DNA of 63,818 nucleotides, counting the filler, from Collodictyon triciliatum (Eukaryota): NCBI GenBank assembly GCA_043381765.1. It is 9 parts of 9 records of this genome, joined end to end, with 100 filler letters (N's around TTAATTAATTAA, not from the genome) between each part and the next. Parts side by side here need not be neighbours in the genome. Positions count along the whole stretch, not along the records: positions 1 to 7,138 come from JBHJMP010004037.1; positions 7,239 to 14,375 come from JBHJMP010004039.1; positions 14,476 to 21,611 come from JBHJMP010004040.1; 6 more parts are not named here. One strand, 5' to 3'. This document shows positions 1 to 15,720 of the stretch, one piece after another. Positions within the stretch are counted from its first letter, which is position 1; every line of letters begins with the position of its first letter. The translations under genes were made by a program, and so were the position numbers. The notes below the pieces were generated by a model, which was not told the DNA's origin, searched no databases, and was given only the letters and a program-made list of their open reading frames with translations.

Positions 1-46
<46 letters not shown>

Positions 47-79
47 CTCTTTTTTTTTTTTCTCTTTTTTTTTCCCTTG

Positions 80-540
80 CTGTGTCCGATCGAGCCACCA
101 GAGCCCACCATAATCGCATCCTGCGCAGCCGCGGACTCGCTGTGCATTCGGCAACCCCTCAAAAAATTACCCAACCCTCATTTTCCACTTTTGTGGATTT
201 CATTCGCTTCATAGACGGAATTGGTAAAAAGGCGTTAGATGTGCCGGGTTAGTGTCCTTAGCAAAAAAATAGACAGCCGTCGCCACGTGCCTTATGTCAT
301 TAATCTTATATAACCTATACATGTGCATACAAATAGATTATTATCTATTCAAAAACTATATAAGACCATTTAATTCATCTTAAAAACTATAGTAAGATAA
401 AATCCAATAATGTATAATAGACGTACGGATATTTCTCCACCAATATCTTTTTCTGGAATGCCACACTGGAATCGAATCGAATCGTTCTTTTTGCTGAGAT
501 CCAAGCCGCCGCTGCGAGGGAGCAGATCGAACGAAGCCAT
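80..540 (-). CDS. Hypothetical protein, 5' part, divergent from UFD1 and truncated at scaffold start
   Basis: ATG at 540 opens MASFDLLPRSGGLDLSKKNDSIRFQCGIPEKDIGGEIS, followed by a GTACG donor. Two further short AG/GT-bounded, GC-richer segments (DTNPAHLTPFYQF; LPNAQRVRGCAGCDLWWALV) splice in frame. No recognised domain. Confidence 0.3.
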
Positions 541-763
541 GCGCAACCACACAAGCCACAAGTCCCAAGTATCACGAGTCCCGCCGCCTTTTCAGCCAGC
601 AGCAAACCTCGAAGACATCCCCCACCCTTCTTTACCTTCCATTCAGATGCAGCGCACTTTCGCAGCTGTGACGATTACAATCCTTTATGCGTTAGGGTCG
701 AAAGAAGATCAAGGAAAGACAACGCACAGAAAAGAGAGAGAGCAGGATATCACAAAGAAGAAA

Positions 764-4440
<3,677 letters not shown>

Positions 4441-4629
4441 ATCTCGGATGATTGAATTAAAAAAAAAGAAGCACAAAGTTAGAGAGCAGAAAAATATGGC
4501 ATTATCTCCATTTTATAAATCGGCAAGATGTGGGTGGTCGTTTATTGGTGGTGAATTATCATTTCTCCTCCCTTTCAATCAAGTTATCAAAAACTCTAAG
4601 TATAGAACCTCATCCAAAGATAAGGATAA

Positions 4630-7107
4630 TCAGGATATTGGAGTGTATTTGGCCATGGCAGGGTTTGTTTTGATGACTTCGTATTTCCCCTCTGATGACC
4701 GGACTTCCTCTCGTGTCTTGCTTAAGTCATCTGTGTATTGGAGCTTCGCTTTCTGGTAATACGATTTCATAGGCATCACCTATTTGTTGCGTGCGATTGT
4801 TTTCAAGTTGTTAGTTGGTCGTTGGGAAAGGAAAAAAAAAAAAAAAAACTAATTAATAGGCAATGTGAAGTTTGCTGGGTAAAACACATGCAGGCCATAG
4901 TTGGATGTATATAGACCTATGACGGCAGAAGGATAATGAGGAGGGAAAAAAATAATGAAATAATCAGCGCACAAAACTCGAGCAAATATAAAGGTATTTA
5001 AAAAAAAAACCTTCAACGCCAGAAGGTCAACAATGGTCGCCGCAGTTGCAATGAGAGCCATTCCTGATACTAGTTGAACCAATAGGACTTGGAAACTGAA
5101 TCGGTGAATCACGCCTAAGTTTGTTTGAATGGAGAAGTAAGATGTATGACAAAACGACTCGGTCTGGTGATTTTTCTATTTCCCTCGCCTATTTCTTTAT
5201 CTATTTTTCTTTCTTCCTTTGGCTAGAGGACGCAAATGCTTATAATTCTCCTATATTCCAATGCTACCTGTCGGCAATACGATAAGTTTGATGCCATGAC
5301 GATTGTTGATAATTCGGTTGCGAACCTGTCCTGCATCATCATACAAAAGGATGGGTTCCTCAACCTAAATTTTGGTCCCACATCAAACCGGGAGATTATT
5401 GTCACACTTGGACTTTTATTTTTTTTTTTATTATTTATTTATTTAATATTATAATGAATAAGCCGATTGAAATATAAAGATAAAAAAGCATAAATAAATA
5501 AAAAACCTTATAACTGATTTGGGGTAGAATTGCAGGTCTGTATGTATAGCTAATAGTATAGTTCTTCGAGTCCTTGTTCGAGTAGTCGATGGACAGAGTA
5601 ATTACCAGGCCCTCACTTCTGGTTGTTTTCTTTAAGTCAACGGTGCTATTTGCTGCGCATATTAATGAAAGAATGAGAGAAAAAAAGAAAGAATAAATAG
5701 TTATATATAGAATCGTCTGGGGCTTTTGGTTGTATTCCCAGATATACCGTCTAAATCTCCGACCCTTGCTCCGTCCAGAAGAATCTTTTGTATGCAACAA
5801 TGTTAAACGGTACGAATTTAGAATATAACACAATACAGCAGAGCGATTAATACATACCTTCACAGGAATAACATCGACGGTAGAACTCCCGAAGCTACAA
5901 ATTTGTTTTCCTTCGACATCCACAAGATTACCTTTCATCACACTAACAAATAAAGATAATATTATAAATATATCTTCATTGATGATAATAGTCCAGCACT
6001 CATAATTATGAATATTTTTCCTTTACTAATTGCTAGCTGCGATATTGGATTGCTTGTATGGGTTTCCGTTGAAATCCCACTTTCCATCGGCAACCATTTC
6101 TGAGTAAAAAGCATTCGCTCTAACAGAATGGAACATCCCAATCTACAGACAATAGGCGAGATTAATATAAAGCCAGCAACTTAAAGGAAGGGATAAAAAT
6201 AAATAATACCCTCTTTGCTTCATAATTTATGAAAATTAAAAATAATCATAAAAAAATGGCGAGGCAAATAAATAATTGGGGAAAAAAACTTCACAGTAAA
6301 ATTTTCGATGTTTGCGATGTATATTTCTTCTTCGTCAACTGTGGCAAATTTGTAATAACATGGAGTTTCTTGGGGATCGCATTGTATGTTCTTTTAGGAG
6401 AATCAATTAAGTATTCTATAAGCTACACAAGTCTCTCAAATTTCAAATATTGAAACAAATACTATGAAAAATAGTTGTGGATGCAGTTGCTTATCTATGG
6501 ATTTTACATATCTCGATTACTATTATTTTTAACTTTATTATAAACATCATGTAAAGAAGGGCATCAGCCCAACACTTTGTCCCACAAACAAAAGTTCTCC
6601 TTCCCAATAGATATGGTTTATTAATTACCTGTGTGAGACGTGTATTGGATGTCGTGATAAACATGCTATCAGGTTGCTCAGCCGGGTAGCTTCGGCCAGT
6701 ATAATTTAGTCATTCGATTATTTAGTGGTTCTCTCTCTCTCTCTTTTTTTTTTTTGGAATACCGATTTGATCTAAATACAATTTGAAATACTAGAAAATA
6801 AATACATGACAGCCTGCCAGTCAGCATATTCACACTGTATCGGGCTTGGCGATGATGGATTTTGGGCGCAATAATCCATTTCCAGAATATTGGATCGACT
6901 TGCGTTGTATTTACACATGTTCAAACTGCGACTTAAACCCTCTGCAGATGGCTATGATCGCAAACATTATTATTATTTAAAAAGACAACACAGATTTTCA
7001 TTTGGTATCTTTAAATAATATCAAAATAGAGGAGTTCTTCAAACAAAGCTGTATTCCGTTATATCTCTTTCTCTTTTTATCTACCCGCAGTACCTTAAAA
7101 TTCTTTG

Positions 7108-7110
<3 letters not shown>
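4630..7110 (-). CDS. P2X: P2X receptor (ATP-gated cation channel), amoebozoan/algal type, 5'-truncated
   Basis: Spliced peptides CEYADWQAVIYPAEQPDSMFITTS, EEIYIANIENFTIGMFHSV, RSEGLVITLSIDYSN..YTYRP, NNRHGIKLIVLPTGVIHRFSFQVLLVQLVSGMALIATAATIVDLLAL (TM2), YYQKAK. Stop TGA at 4630-4632. Confidence 0.9.
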
Positions 7111-7138
<28 letters not shown>

Positions 7139-7238
7139 NNNNNNNNNNNNNNNNNNNNNNNNNNNNNNNNNNNNNNNNNNNNTTAATTAATTAANNNNNN
7201 NNNNNNNNNNNNNNNNNNNNNNNNNNNNNNNNNNNNNN
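7139..7238. other. Artificial scaffold linker (N-run, TTAATTAATTAA, N-run); repeated at about 14376-14475, 21612-21710, 28837-28936, 36063-36162, 43288-43387, 50515-50615, 57739-57838
   Basis: Identical six-frame-stop palindrome inside N runs at about 7.2-kb spacing. Genes are cut at each one. Confidence 0.98.
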
Positions 7239-7397
7239 TTTTTGTTTTTGTTTTTGTTTTTGTTTTTGTTTTTGTTTTTGTTTTTGTTTTTGTTTTTGTT
7301 TTTGTTTTTGTTTTTGTTTTTGTTTTTGTTTTTGTTGGTATAACTAAGGAAATAAAGAAAATAATGGAAATAAAACCGCAATATACATCCGATACAC

Positions 7398-10300
7398 CAT
7401 CAACAATCTTAATCCGCATAGCTCGGTCTGCTTCTCTGTGAGATGTGATGATTCCCTGTGCAAAGGGAGTTGACATGTGGATGTTAGTTTGAATTGACCG
7501 AAATAAAAAAAAAAACGAAGGGGCATGTGGAAAGGATTCTTTTCTGAACTTTAAAAAAGTTTCCCAGTAAATAAAAAACAAAATGTCAAAATCTAATAGA
7601 TCTTACTACATATGGTTGACACAGTCGACAAGATGAAGAAAGAAAACCTAACAGCAAAGTTTTACCGTAAAGTATACTATGTGTCCTTCGAGTATTCGGT
7701 AGAATTTGGAACATATGTATCCCTTGCATTCAAAGCCCACACTTCCTGACGAATCTCCCAAAATGCCGGTCGCTAGCTGATTTTCTCCTCGAGGACCCTA
7801 ATTCGAATGTAATTGTGAGAAAGATATAAATTTTTCCCCATATACATGTCGAAATAGTTCAAGATGTTGTGAGTAAAAAAAAAAAAAAAACTGATTTATC
7901 ATGCATTATTGTGGTAGTATTATATCGTAGATGTAATATTGGTAAGGTGCCGCATTTACCGTCAGTGATACTTGCTGTATTTTGCACAATAGTGAGAAAT
8001 TAACCATTCCGGCTCTAAGTTCTCTTACTATTGTGCGCTCATTTTTCGTTGTGCAGTCGATTGTATTCTAGGTATAGTAATATTAATTCTCCTTCCAAAC
8101 GACATTAGGCAAGTGTTGCTGTAATTGACTTTTAAAATGAAGCTATTGTGACGAACTTTAGTATTCCTTATCACAGAAGGCATTTCCTCGCGCTGGGTAG
8201 CGCCAGAAGACGGGCCATCGAACCCATAAATCTGGAGCAAATAAATAATGTCCGAATTTATCTATTTGTTCAAGATTCGGACCCTTCAATAGTCAAAAAT
8301 ACTCTTAAAAAAAGAAAGAAAAGGGGCCAAAAAGCAAAACACATGGATTACGAATTCGGCAGCAGTATCTTCGGAAATGTAATATATCATCGTGGCGCTC
8401 CCGTAGTATATATGAGAAACAACTGGCATTCCTGAGGCAAAGACTACATAGGGTCTTTCGATTGCGATAAAATCGCCCTGATTGCGTGAAATGGAATTTG
8501 TTAAATGTATTTGGTTTTGAGACATACTCGTATTATTAGAATTCAGTAACCTCAGTCAGGAATCCAGAGAAGGCGTCTACTTGGTTATCGAATAGGACTA
8601 AATCAATTCGAAAGCGAGGCGAGTCGATTGCATCTATCAATATGATATGCTGCTTTCTATGGTAAGATTCACCCTCAACTTCGAATGATTCTCCTATCTG
8701 TAACCATTTGCAAGAGAAAAAATCAGCCTTTAAATCATTTGGATTGATTATTTATTTATTTTGTTTATTAAAATTGTTATGGTTTGTATTAGAAATTATT
8801 TTATTTTTTTATTATTTTTTTTTTTTGCTTTCTCAGTTTCTGCCTTTTGTTTGTGATTTTATGCTGGAATATATCAATTAATATTTAACTTTGGTTTTTT
8901 TGCTCCAATTATTGCTTTAAAAATAAACATCTATATTGATATTCAAGATAAATACCTGGTCAATACGAACAAAAATACGAAGAGATTCAAAATCTGGTGT
9001 GGACATCCCTTCGCCAATTTTAATATCATCCTGGAAGTTCTGGAAAAGCTTGCGGATGTCCGCTTCATTCGGTATGAAGAGTAGAAATTCATTAGGAAGT
9101 ATCATTCTCTGATACAATTTAAAATGTCTCATCCTCATCTGAGCTCCCTAAATGTAATAACAGCTGTTGTGAGAAAGTCACGTGTTGATAATAGTAGAAA
9201 CCCGACAGAGGGAGGATAGAGAAGCAAATATTTGATATATATATAGGAATATTAAAGTAGAAAATAGACGAGCTTTAGAAAAATTATATATAAACGACCT
9301 TTGTAATAAAGTTGCAATCTTGAGAGAACATATGATTATATCTCGAATGCATGATCATATCAATGCTCGCCTCTGGTGATGACCCGGTAAGTGTGGCAAT
9401 GACTATGTTGTGAACCGCATTCAACACAAATACCTTTTACAAGAAAAGCCATAAAAATAAAAATTCATACACGACTTTCTCTCTTCTGACCATCTTATGT
9501 TATGGATTCGCCCTTGGATAATAGCTGCTTTCGATATTTTTCGGTCAACAGCAAGCACGTCTATGGGCAGAGGTCCTATAAGATAGAAAATTACTATAGA
9601 GAAAAGATTCCTTTGAAGCGATTCTTTATCTTTATTTTTATTTTCGATTTGTGCATAGCGATTCTAAATTTAATTTAGATAGCGAAAAAAATTAAATAAT
9701 AAGTGTCGTGGCTCATAGTAAATATATAAATATTTTCAATTACACTTACGACACCGTAGATATTCTGCATTTTTTGGAACCCTAGATAGATAATAAACTC
9801 CTTTGTTCTTCCATTGAGCCTGTACTTCTGATGCAATAACCTTTATGTAGGTAGATATAATGATATTAAGAGATTTTTTTTAACTCATGGCATCAAAATA
9901 TGGATAAATACATCAAAGTATATGGTTAAGTCACGATTCGACAAAGAAAAACCTCGTAAGTTACCCCGGTGGTGTACTTTTGTAGCACATTAATGGCTGT
10001 TTCGCAGACGTAAGACCTTGATTCATGGTTGAATAAGTTATCCTTTTACATGGCAATAAAAACCCTCTCACAGACTATTATCGATCGTAAATGCAGTTAT
10101 ACTTATAGTATAGATTTATGAAACGTAGCCAAGTCACAAAATAATAAAATGATGGTAAAAGATGCAGTCGAAGTACTGACCAAGGTAATTCTTCTTTGGA
10201 GTGTACACTGAAACAGCGCAGAGTGGTGTTCAATCAAGTGATTTTGTATGAGGCATGACATAATGTTTGTGGTTTACAGATGAAAGAAATAAGAAGTGCT

Positions 10301-10417
10301 TATAAAAAACGAAAAGAGATTGGAAGAAGTTTAAAAAAAAAAACGCGTTGTGAGCGATAGCTGAACGACTTGAAAGGAAAGGAACGATAGAAAGAGAGAC
10401 TGCAAAGGAAGAGAAAT

Positions 10418-10481
<64 letters not shown>

Positions 10482-10756
10482 AAAAAAGAAAATTGTGAAA
10501 GATAACAGTGAAGGATAAAAGAGTAACAAAATAGAACAAAAGGCAAGAAAACAAACAGGCCACATATGTGAAGTCTTGATTCCCGATCCACCTATTCAAC
10601 TTCAAAGCACCTTAGGTCGCGCTGCAGTTTCGTGACCAAATCGCCCCAGCTGTCCTCGTAGTTTGGCGTGGGTGGGACTTGCTCTTCGGCAGAGGAAATG
10701 GGCAAAGGTTCCTCCAGCACAGGGCTTGCGACTAGTATCGGTTCTTCTTCCTCCAT
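7398..10756 (-). CDS. Cdc24-type OB-fold nucleic-acid-binding protein (S. pombe Cdc24 / plant At3g17030-like), 3'-truncated
   Basis: ATG at 10756. Spliced peptides LPWSYVCETAINVLQKYTTGVT, IDMIMHSRYNHMF, RMILPNEFLLF, IDLVLFDNQ, GDFIAIERPYV..IYYGSATMIYYI, ATGILGDSSGSV parallel recalled family motifs (WSW..YSSGVT, LYLHRRY, RLLPTEYLV, ALDRP..EYGSAT). Confidence 0.7.
10421..10478 (+). repeat. (AG)n microsatellite in intron 1 of the OB-fold gene; a second (AG)n at 10869-10993
   Basis: Dinucleotide tandem repeats. Confidence 0.95.
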
Positions 10757-10891
10757 ACTTGCTCTGCCACTCCGGTCAAAAGAGACTGGAGATAAAGAGA
10801 GAAAAAAAATAGATAAAGATAAAGATAAAGATAAAGATAAAGATAAAAAGATGACCAGGAAGGCACTTGAGAGAGAGAATGAGAGAGAGAG

Positions 10892-10986
<95 letters not shown>

Positions 10987-11017
10987 GGAGAGAGCACCAT
11001 GATGAAAAGAAACATGT

Positions 11018-12962
11018 TTATTCGTGCTGGAGATGTGAATTCATTTGCTGTGTGGAATACTGTAAAGCCTGCATGATTTCTTGGTGCTGGCGATGCTGTG
11101 TCTCCCTGAGGGATATGACAGACTTTGTCAGATGCTCGATACTTTGGGTGAGGCGGCTTTGCGTTATGAAAAGAGCGCGATTTGTTTCATAGAGATGTTG
11201 GAGAAGCCTCTCTGTCTTGTGGCGCTTAGATACGCGGCTGCATTGCCCTTGCATCGAAGAGGCGCCTTCATGGTCCAAATCCTCGTTATCTGCCTCAATG
11301 GCCGTGTCTTCGAGTCCGATGGTATCGTCCATGTGGTGGTGTAGGAAGCCCAAGGGAATCGTCTGGTGGTATTCATCCTGTTCTTCGGCCTCGCTGCTAA
11401 AGTAGCGTAAAAAAAAAAAAGAAGAAGAAAAAGAAGGACGACGAGCGGCGAATTAAGTATTTAGGTATGTGTGAAAGATGGGCTTTTGAAGTAGAGGGAC
11501 GATGCATATCTCTGGATAAATGTGTTAATCAAATGTTTAAGAGATATGATTTGAAGAAAAGCTGAGCAGAAAGAAAGCACCTTGATTGAGAAGTTGCTGG
11601 AAGACTTCCTTGCAACATTTCCTTATTCTTCTGCATTCAGAAAAGAAATAAATAAATGAACAAGGATTAATTTATAGTAATTTCTGTTTGGTGGGCTTTG
11701 TGATTAAAATATAAATAGGGCACAAATGTATTTGTAATCTGATGAATACGCGTTTTTTCCTTTCTGGATGCTCTAGAATGATGCTGCTCTCATCTATAAT
11801 TTGGTGGGACAGTCCTGGTAACCCAGTAATCCCATCACTGTTTTTGAGTATTACTAATAAGTACTAATTATGGAGCATAATACACTCAGATTTTTTATCC
11901 TAGTTACTAAACCATTAACGGGAAAAATAGATAACTGATTTGTTTTGCTTTTTCGTTTTGCAATTTAGTTTACAAGATAATTTTAACCCATAAGAGGTTA
12001 TGTTTCCAATTTTCGATTCCTTAGAACATGACCAGGCATACTTTCAAAAAAATTCTTTAAAAAAAGAGATAAAAAAAAGAATAATTGTACCGTGAATAGC
12101 TCAAACCTAAGTTGGATACGATGTTCCATTCTCCCTGCTGAGCGGTCATGCAACTGAGGCTGGTGCGTAAGCATGCCCATATTTAATGTGTTCAACGGGA
12201 TGCTCTTCATGTCCACAACATTGGAATTAATCTTTTGGCTTTCTTTGTCGGAGTACATATCCAAGAGAATCTCGTAGACTGCCGGACTCATGATGCGGTT
12301 GATGACCGACCGGGGTGTCCCAGGGCCTTGGTCAAGTTCTCTTGCCCGCTTTATTTCGTATGGATGAGGGAAACAAAGGTCAAACAAATGACTCAAGTAT
12401 ATGCAAACTGCATCGAGGTATATTTTCATCGGCTAAGGCTTCTAATACCGAAAGAATGAGGTGCCAGAAGGAAACAAAAGTAAAAAGAGCTCTTACGTGG
12501 AAGCAAGACTTAAGATTGTTGATTTTGGTGTGAATCTGCTCCACAGATCGATCGATGTTGGCTATGAGAAGCTTCTGCCGAATGGCATTGCACCGGGGAC
12601 GGTCAGAGACAAACCGATCCTTCTTGCCCAGTGCCACATTCTCCAACCACATGTCACGATATATTTTGGCCAAACACACGGCGTCTTTCTCTGACCAGTT
12701 GCTGCGTATCTATAGCGAAGGAATAAGTTGAGTGACAAGATAGTGTTTCTATATCTCTCGTATTTTTGATGTAGATGAGTTGTTAATATTTAAATAATAA
12801 AGGGGAAAGAGAGAAGATAGACTTCTTTTTTTCTTTTTGCTTTGGTTTCAATCAACTGTCTAGGTACGGAGTGATAGTTCAAATACTGATGAGGAAATCA
12901 ATGACTGCCTTTGGAATGTGCTGCCTTTGTGTATTGAATCCTGGGTCGGCACCGATATCCAT
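11018..12962 (-). CDS. Myb/SANT-like (trihelix-type) DNA-binding protein with C-terminal acidic and coiled-coil region; start uncertain
   Basis: Exon at about 12490-12710 encodes IRSNWSEKDAVCLAKIYRD...NIDRSVEQIHTKINNLKSCFH, the W..E...L / RSxEQxxxKxxNLK pattern. Downstream exons AVYEILLDMY, MQKNKEML and ..RLTQSIEHLTKSVISLRETQ..HE*. Confidence 0.72.
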
Positions 12963-14563
12963 CGCAAGTCTGAATCGGTGCTGTGTCTAATTTCAGGAGA
13001 ATGAGGCGCTTAGCTAAATCCAACAAGGAAAAGTTCTGCGACTAAAACCCCAACCATCGAAGAACTGAAATATCTCAAGTTTTCAAGTGAAAAGAATTCA
13101 TAAATTTAAAAGCTCTATTCAATATGGGGAAATTGTTCAGCAGTATTCCCTATACTCAATCATAGGCGTTACATTCGACTTCAAATCGTAATTATCGTAA
13201 CCAGGGGATGAGATTGCATCCCAATTTTTTTGTCATGTGAATGGGTGATGAGCCCAGCGCCCTTTTCCATTTTGCATCCTTGCTTGTCAGTTTGTCAACT
13301 GATTTCGTAATCGATTTCTGGAAAATATTTTTATCTCCACAAACTCTGTTGTCTGGACAAAGGGATCTGTTATTGCGCCATTGGACATGTGCTATCAAGC
13401 TGAACTTTGCTGTTGACCGTTGAAGGCAGCTACCTGTGTCTCGGCAGTCGTTGCACACACGTAGTCCATAGCTCCTTTGGTTCATTCGTGTGTAGAAGGG
13501 TACAGAATACATAAGGCTGGGCTGTGGGCGACTTCTTTTGCAGCAAAGGATCGATCACACGGGTTTGGGAAAGTAAAAGACTTTGCGGACTTGATCGACT
13601 CGAAAGTTAGCAAGGACAGAAGCAGATCGATGCAAGTCAGCATCTAATCTGAGAGCTTGAATGGGAGATCAATAGACTCGGCTCCTCGCTCGTGCGGCCT
13701 TCGCCCCACATCCCAGCCAACAACACCAGCGGCTGATCGTTCTTGGCAGCTTGCGATCAGGAGGCGAGATCATTACGACATTCGTTACGAACACAATAAC
13801 AAGGTTGCTCACAAAGTTCGCTCGATACGGGCGGGGTGTTGAACAAGATACTGACGAAGTTTGTAGTTGCGCCTCGACTTAAGACAATGTACCAAAATAG
13901 GACTGTATTATTGAATATACATGGAAGATCTATAATTTGGTTGCTTTGCCCCAAATCCAACAATGGAAATATACTAGAATGGAATTTATAGATAAATATA
14001 TATTTTGGTTTATAATTAGCCTTTTGCAATCGCTTTATAGATACAGATTGCTTTAATTGCCTGAATTAGAGACATTTTGAATGCTAGAGTTTTGCTTTCT
14101 CTATTCTGCTAGATTCTCCAGAGTCTGCGTGCGCATGTTGACCTTGCGGAATAACCTGTCCAAGTCAAATAATTAAACAGAAAAAACAAAAGGACAAAAA
14201 ACCCCCCCAAAAAAAAAACACAAAAACACAAAAAAACAAAAACACAAAAACACAAAAACACAAAAACACAAAAAACACAAAAAACACAAAAAACACAAAA
14301 AACACAAAAAACACAAAAAACACAAAAAACACAAAAAACACAAAAAACACAAAAAACACAAAAAACACAAAAAACNNNNNNNNNNNNNNNNNNNNNNNNN
14401 NNNNNNNNNNNNNNNNNNNTTAATTAATTAANNNNNNNNNNNNNNNNNNNNNNNNNNNNNNNNNNNNNNNNNNNNTACATACATACATACATACATACAT
14501 ACATACATACATACATACATACATACATACATACATACATACATACATACATACATACATACA

Positions 14564-14596
<33 letters not shown>

Positions 14597-14795
14597 TCAC
14601 ACCAAAAATTCATATGTATTCGTGCCAAAGAGAATCAACTCAGGAAGAGTTGCGAGCAACAACACGCAAGACACTTTCGCGTGAGTCTCCCACCCGCTCG
14701 GTTGTGGATCCACGGTCGACTCATTTATCAGAACCGGGACACCTAAAAACTTGCGCTTGTTATTCTGGGTAGGTCTTTGGGGACGGTTTTTAGAA

Positions 14796-15673
14796 ATGAA
14801 AGTGAAGCGTTCGGCAGCGTTTGAACTTCTTTTCTGTCTCGTTCTCTGTGCGCTGTTGTTCCCACAGTCTTCTGCTTTCGATCAGAAGCCACCGAACCAA
14901 TACGCAAGCGATCCGACCATGGAGACCGAGCTGTTCTCCTCAGGTAGCCTGTCAGACTCTTCATCTTGACTCCCGATTCCTTCTCTTTCATCACGGGTCT
15001 CACGGGACCGTGTGCTTGCCCGGCCGCACGTATATTGCGATCGTCTCTCTCCTCTCAACACAGTTTTCTGTATAACCGCCTCCTAATGGTACAACGTGTA
15101 GAACTGAATACGCTGGAGTGCGATACCGGGACAATATTCAACCGATGTGTCATCACAAAGCAAAAGACACTGACCCAGAACACGACCATCATTCAGCGAG
15201 GTGCCACTCTGGAACTGTCAGGAGATGGGTCGATTGTGTGTGCGGCTGAGAATTGTTTTCTTGACTTTGCCTTCTCATCCATTAGTTTGCTACCAGGTTT
15301 TCGCGTACATCCGTTTTGAAACTATATCCATCATCAATATATGTCCTCGCATCTCTAAAAAGTTACCTTCAATTGCATGCACGCTTCCTTTCAATATTTA
15401 CTACAACTTTCGCTCAATTTAACTTCATGATTCCCTTCATAACCCCCAATTGTGTATAGGAACCTTCATAGAGTCGAACGGAATCATTCTCGATGCCCTG
15501 AATATAATTGTCAGCTCAAACGCATCCATCCGAACGGACAGTACATCCACTCTTGGACCTTCTCCAGAGCCGGGTGTTGGTGCAAGCCATGCCGGGTAAT
15601 TCCGCTTGTATGAAAGTTATACGATACGTCGTCCAGCAACTCAGTAGTTTTCATGATATCTTATTGATATTTT

Positions 15674-15720
<47 letters not shown>

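Noticed and set aside
7183-7194. TTAATTAATTAA palindrome recurring every ~7.2 kb
   Set aside because: Embedded in N runs; it is an artificial six-frame-stop linker. Apparent gene clusters across linkers are not real.
13620-13660. LRLDADLHRS resembling an HNH endonuclease motif
   Set aside because: Flanked by stops, with no other HNH residues in frame.
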